Part shown: positions 17,797-19,700 of the stretch, piece after piece
Layout of the letters: each line of letters opens with the position of its first letter
How positions within the stretch are numbered: position 1 is the stretch's first letter
Origin: Oligoflexales bacterium
Lineage (GTDB): Bacteria > Bdellovibrionota_B > Oligoflexia > Oligoflexales > Bog-1112
Assembly: GCA_045105515.1 (NCBI GenBank)
Contig: JBGCDR010000196.1
Span: forward strand, 1-19,700
Reading direction: 5' to 3'
Length of the DNA: 19,700 bases
Position numbers and translations under genes: made by a program
Notes under the pieces: model-generated
What the model was told of the DNA's origin: nothing
Database searches by the model: none
The model's input: only the letters and a program-made list of their open reading frames with translations

Positions 17797-18563
17797 GTTT
17801 GCGTACAAAAATTAAAAAAAAACAGGACGTGTCTCAAAAAGATCACAAGGATATGTTTTATATATTTCAGAAATATTATGATTGTATTAGCTTTGATAAG
17901 TTTGTCAGAGACTTACAAAATAAAACCCATGTCATTTTTCTTTTCGACCATTTGAAGCTGATTGGTTTTAGTACAGCTCATTTAGGCCAGAGTCCTAAAT
18001 ATAAAGGAACTGTGATTTTTTCTGGAGATACTGTAGTAGAGCGAAAATACTGGGGACAGAAAATTCTGCAAAAAGCATTTTATCAACTGCTCTTTAAGGC
18101 AATCATAAAATCACCTTTTAGACCGGTTTATTGGATGCTAATGAGTAAAGGATACAAAACATATTTGCTGATGCGTAAAAATTTTCCAAGATCATATCCT
18201 AATTTTTACGAATCGACCCCTTATCAATTAGAAGAGATAAAAAATTGTTTTTATAAAGATCACTATGGAATATTTTTTCAAAAAAATCAGTCGATCATAG
18301 CATTTGACTCGTCCAAAGGGCAGCTCAAGCAAGGCATAGCTCAGGCAAGTGAAGCTGATTGCCTCAACCCCGAAATTAATTTTTTTACAGCAAAAAATCC
18401 TAAAGCTAGTTTAGGTGAAGAGCTGGCATGCATAGCGCATATTCGTTGGTATGACTTATTTTATACTGGCATTAAACATTGTAGGCATTGGTTTAAATTG
18501 AATAACCCAGGAAAACAAACAAATGCAAGCATATCAAGATTTCCTACACGTGGACGGGCCTAG
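17793..18563 (+). CDS. Hypothetical protein, probable GNAT-like acyltransferase of the type found beside bacterial GH3 genes
   Basis: Motifs F..DL..K..VI, LIGFST, IFSGDTVVE..YWG, YW.L.SKGYKTY and FF...NP....GEELAC. ATGA overlap with the upstream stop. Confidence 0.65.
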   Translation: MSLRTKIKKKQDVSQKDHKDMFYIFQKYYDCISFDKFVRDLQNKTHVIFLFDHLKLIGFSTAHLGQSPKYKGTVIFSGDTVVERKYWGQKILQKAFYQLLFKAIIKSPFRPVYWMLMSKGYKTYLLMRKNFPRSYPNFYESTPYQLEEIKNCFYKDHYGIFFQKNQSIIAFDSSKGQLKQGIAQASEADCLNPEINFFTAKNPKASLGEELACIAHIRWYDLFYTGIKHCRHWFKLNNPGKQTNASISRFPTRGRA

Positions 18564-19476
18564 CCTGGACAAAGCTTTAGAACAAGCAGGCCGCAAATTA
18601 AAATGTCCTCCCAAAGAGCTTATGCAAGCCGCTTCTTGGTCGACACTATGCAGGCATTGCTTAGAAGAGTGGCTCATGATAGGTGTTTGCTGGTTTGGAA
18701 TTAAATACAGCCCAAATTATTTATATCCTATACTTGCTCTTGTCATCAGTGGAAGGTTTCATGCTCTTGGAGTGATCCTTCATGAAGCATGTCATTTGCG
18801 CCGCAGTCGCAAGTTTCAATCCTGTATTGTTGAATTTTTAGCAGGTTATCCCATTGCGAGCACTATTGAGGCTATGCGGTATCATCATCTGCGCCACCAT
18901 CTAGATACGAGTCAAAAAACCGACCCTTATTTTAAAGAGGGAATTGAAAAAAAAATTTATCTTCGGGTATTAATGTATCTAAGGTCTTTCCTTTTGGTTC
19001 CTTTTTGGATGATTCGACCTATTTTTGGGGTATTGTCTTTCTATCATCATGGTTTACGTAATTTCTATGGTCATGTCTTCTTGCAGGATAAAAGTAAGAA
19101 TGATTTGAGAAAAAGTATAAATATCACTCATTGTATAAATCGTGAATTTGGCCAGCTTGCATTTCAGATGCTGCTTGGCATTGTGGCTTTCATTTTCCCG
19201 ATCGAGATTTTTTACGGATATATAATTCCCGTTCTTATTACTGCATTTACAAATGGGCACCGGGTTATTGTAGAACATTATCACGAGGCAATACCTAATA
19301 GGAGTCCACAGATACTGATGAAAAATACCCGTGATCATGGAAGCAAGTTTATTTATCGATTCCTATTTTTTCCTCGTAATATTGGATATCATCGCATGCA
19401 TCATCTTTTCCCAGCAGTCAGACAAGAGCTGCTCCCAGAGCTTACAAGATGGTACCAGCTTAATGAGGGGGCTTAA
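18523..19476 (+). CDS. Membrane di-iron fatty acid desaturase-family protein
   Basis: His boxes HEACH, HHLRHH, EH and YHRMHH, with hydrophobic segments. Confidence 0.92.
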   Translation: MQAYQDFLHVDGPSLDKALEQAGRKLKCPPKELMQAASWSTLCRHCLEEWLMIGVCWFGIKYSPNYLYPILALVISGRFHALGVILHEACHLRRSRKFQSCIVEFLAGYPIASTIEAMRYHHLRHHLDTSQKTDPYFKEGIEKKIYLRVLMYLRSFLLVPFWMIRPIFGVLSFYHHGLRNFYGHVFLQDKSKNDLRKSINITHCINREFGQLAFQMLLGIVAFIFPIEIFYGYIIPVLITAFTNGHRVIVEHYHEAIPNRSPQILMKNTRDHGSKFIYRFLFFPRNIGYHRMHHLFPAVRQELLPELTRWYQLNEGA

Positions 19477-19583
19477 TGAAGGCTTGGCAACCCGACGACT
19501 ATAATTCTTGGTATCCGTACTATCCTAAACCTAAATTAAGTAAGAATGCTCAAGTAATTAAAGAGGGCGGATTGCTAGATTAA
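19476..19583 (+). CDS. 35-aa ORF translationally coupled to the desaturase (not in the ORF track)
   Basis: TAATG stop/start overlap and GAGGGGG RBS. Reads MKAWQPDDYNSWYPYYPKPKLSKNAQVIKEGGLLD*. Confidence 0.4.
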   Translation: MKAWQPDDYNSWYPYYPKPKLSKNAQVIKEGGLLD

Positions 19584-19700
19584 GTGCAGAAGAAAAAATT
19601 CCATCGCTTCGGAAGGCGGATTTAGTTTAGTCTATGAGGCTAATCTGCTTGCAAGAAAGGGGTATTTATGTCTGCCAATCTCACTTATGAGCAAAGGTAT

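Noticed and set aside
1138..19338. Short antisense or alternate-frame ORFs (1138, 2753, 4324, 5587, 5802, 5819, 7739, 10413, 10812, 13305, 13450, 15449, 15504, 16683, 17340, 19054)
   Set aside because: These are shadows of well-supported genes, with no RBS or motif support.

Overview
AT-rich bacterial accessory region. The gene style loosely suggests Oligoflexia/Bdellovibrionota, but this is inference only. The left part (1-3 kb) is a decayed zone. It holds a Cys-repeat lipoprotein apparently cut off by an IS-like end, a small unannotated membrane ORF, and an IS66 remnant (tnpA with a nonsense codon, frameshifted tnpB, no tnpC) that truncates a secreted SnoaL/NTF2-like gene. The middle (3-12 kb) is a mosaic: a DUF302 protein, a Sel1-repeat protein, a frameshifted SemiSWEET coupled to a mannitol dehydrogenase, a MarR + hotdog-fold pair with two perfect palindromes upstream, an eroded periplasmic binding protein, a Tat-signal VOC enzyme, and a minus-strand SSS symporter (frameshift plus 9-bp repeat expansion) followed by a PhyH dioxygenase. 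The right part (12.6-19.6 kb) is the most interesting. It is a tightly coupled six-gene operon: GH3 acyl-amido synthetase, Rieske oxygenase, GNAT-like protein, PAP2/IPC-synthase-like::desaturase fusion, second acyltransferase-like protein and second desaturase, plus a coupled 35-aa ORF. It looks like a non-PKS/NRPS cluster for an oxidised N-acyl amide or amino lipid whose product I do not recognise. All family calls come from motifs read by eye; no searches were run.
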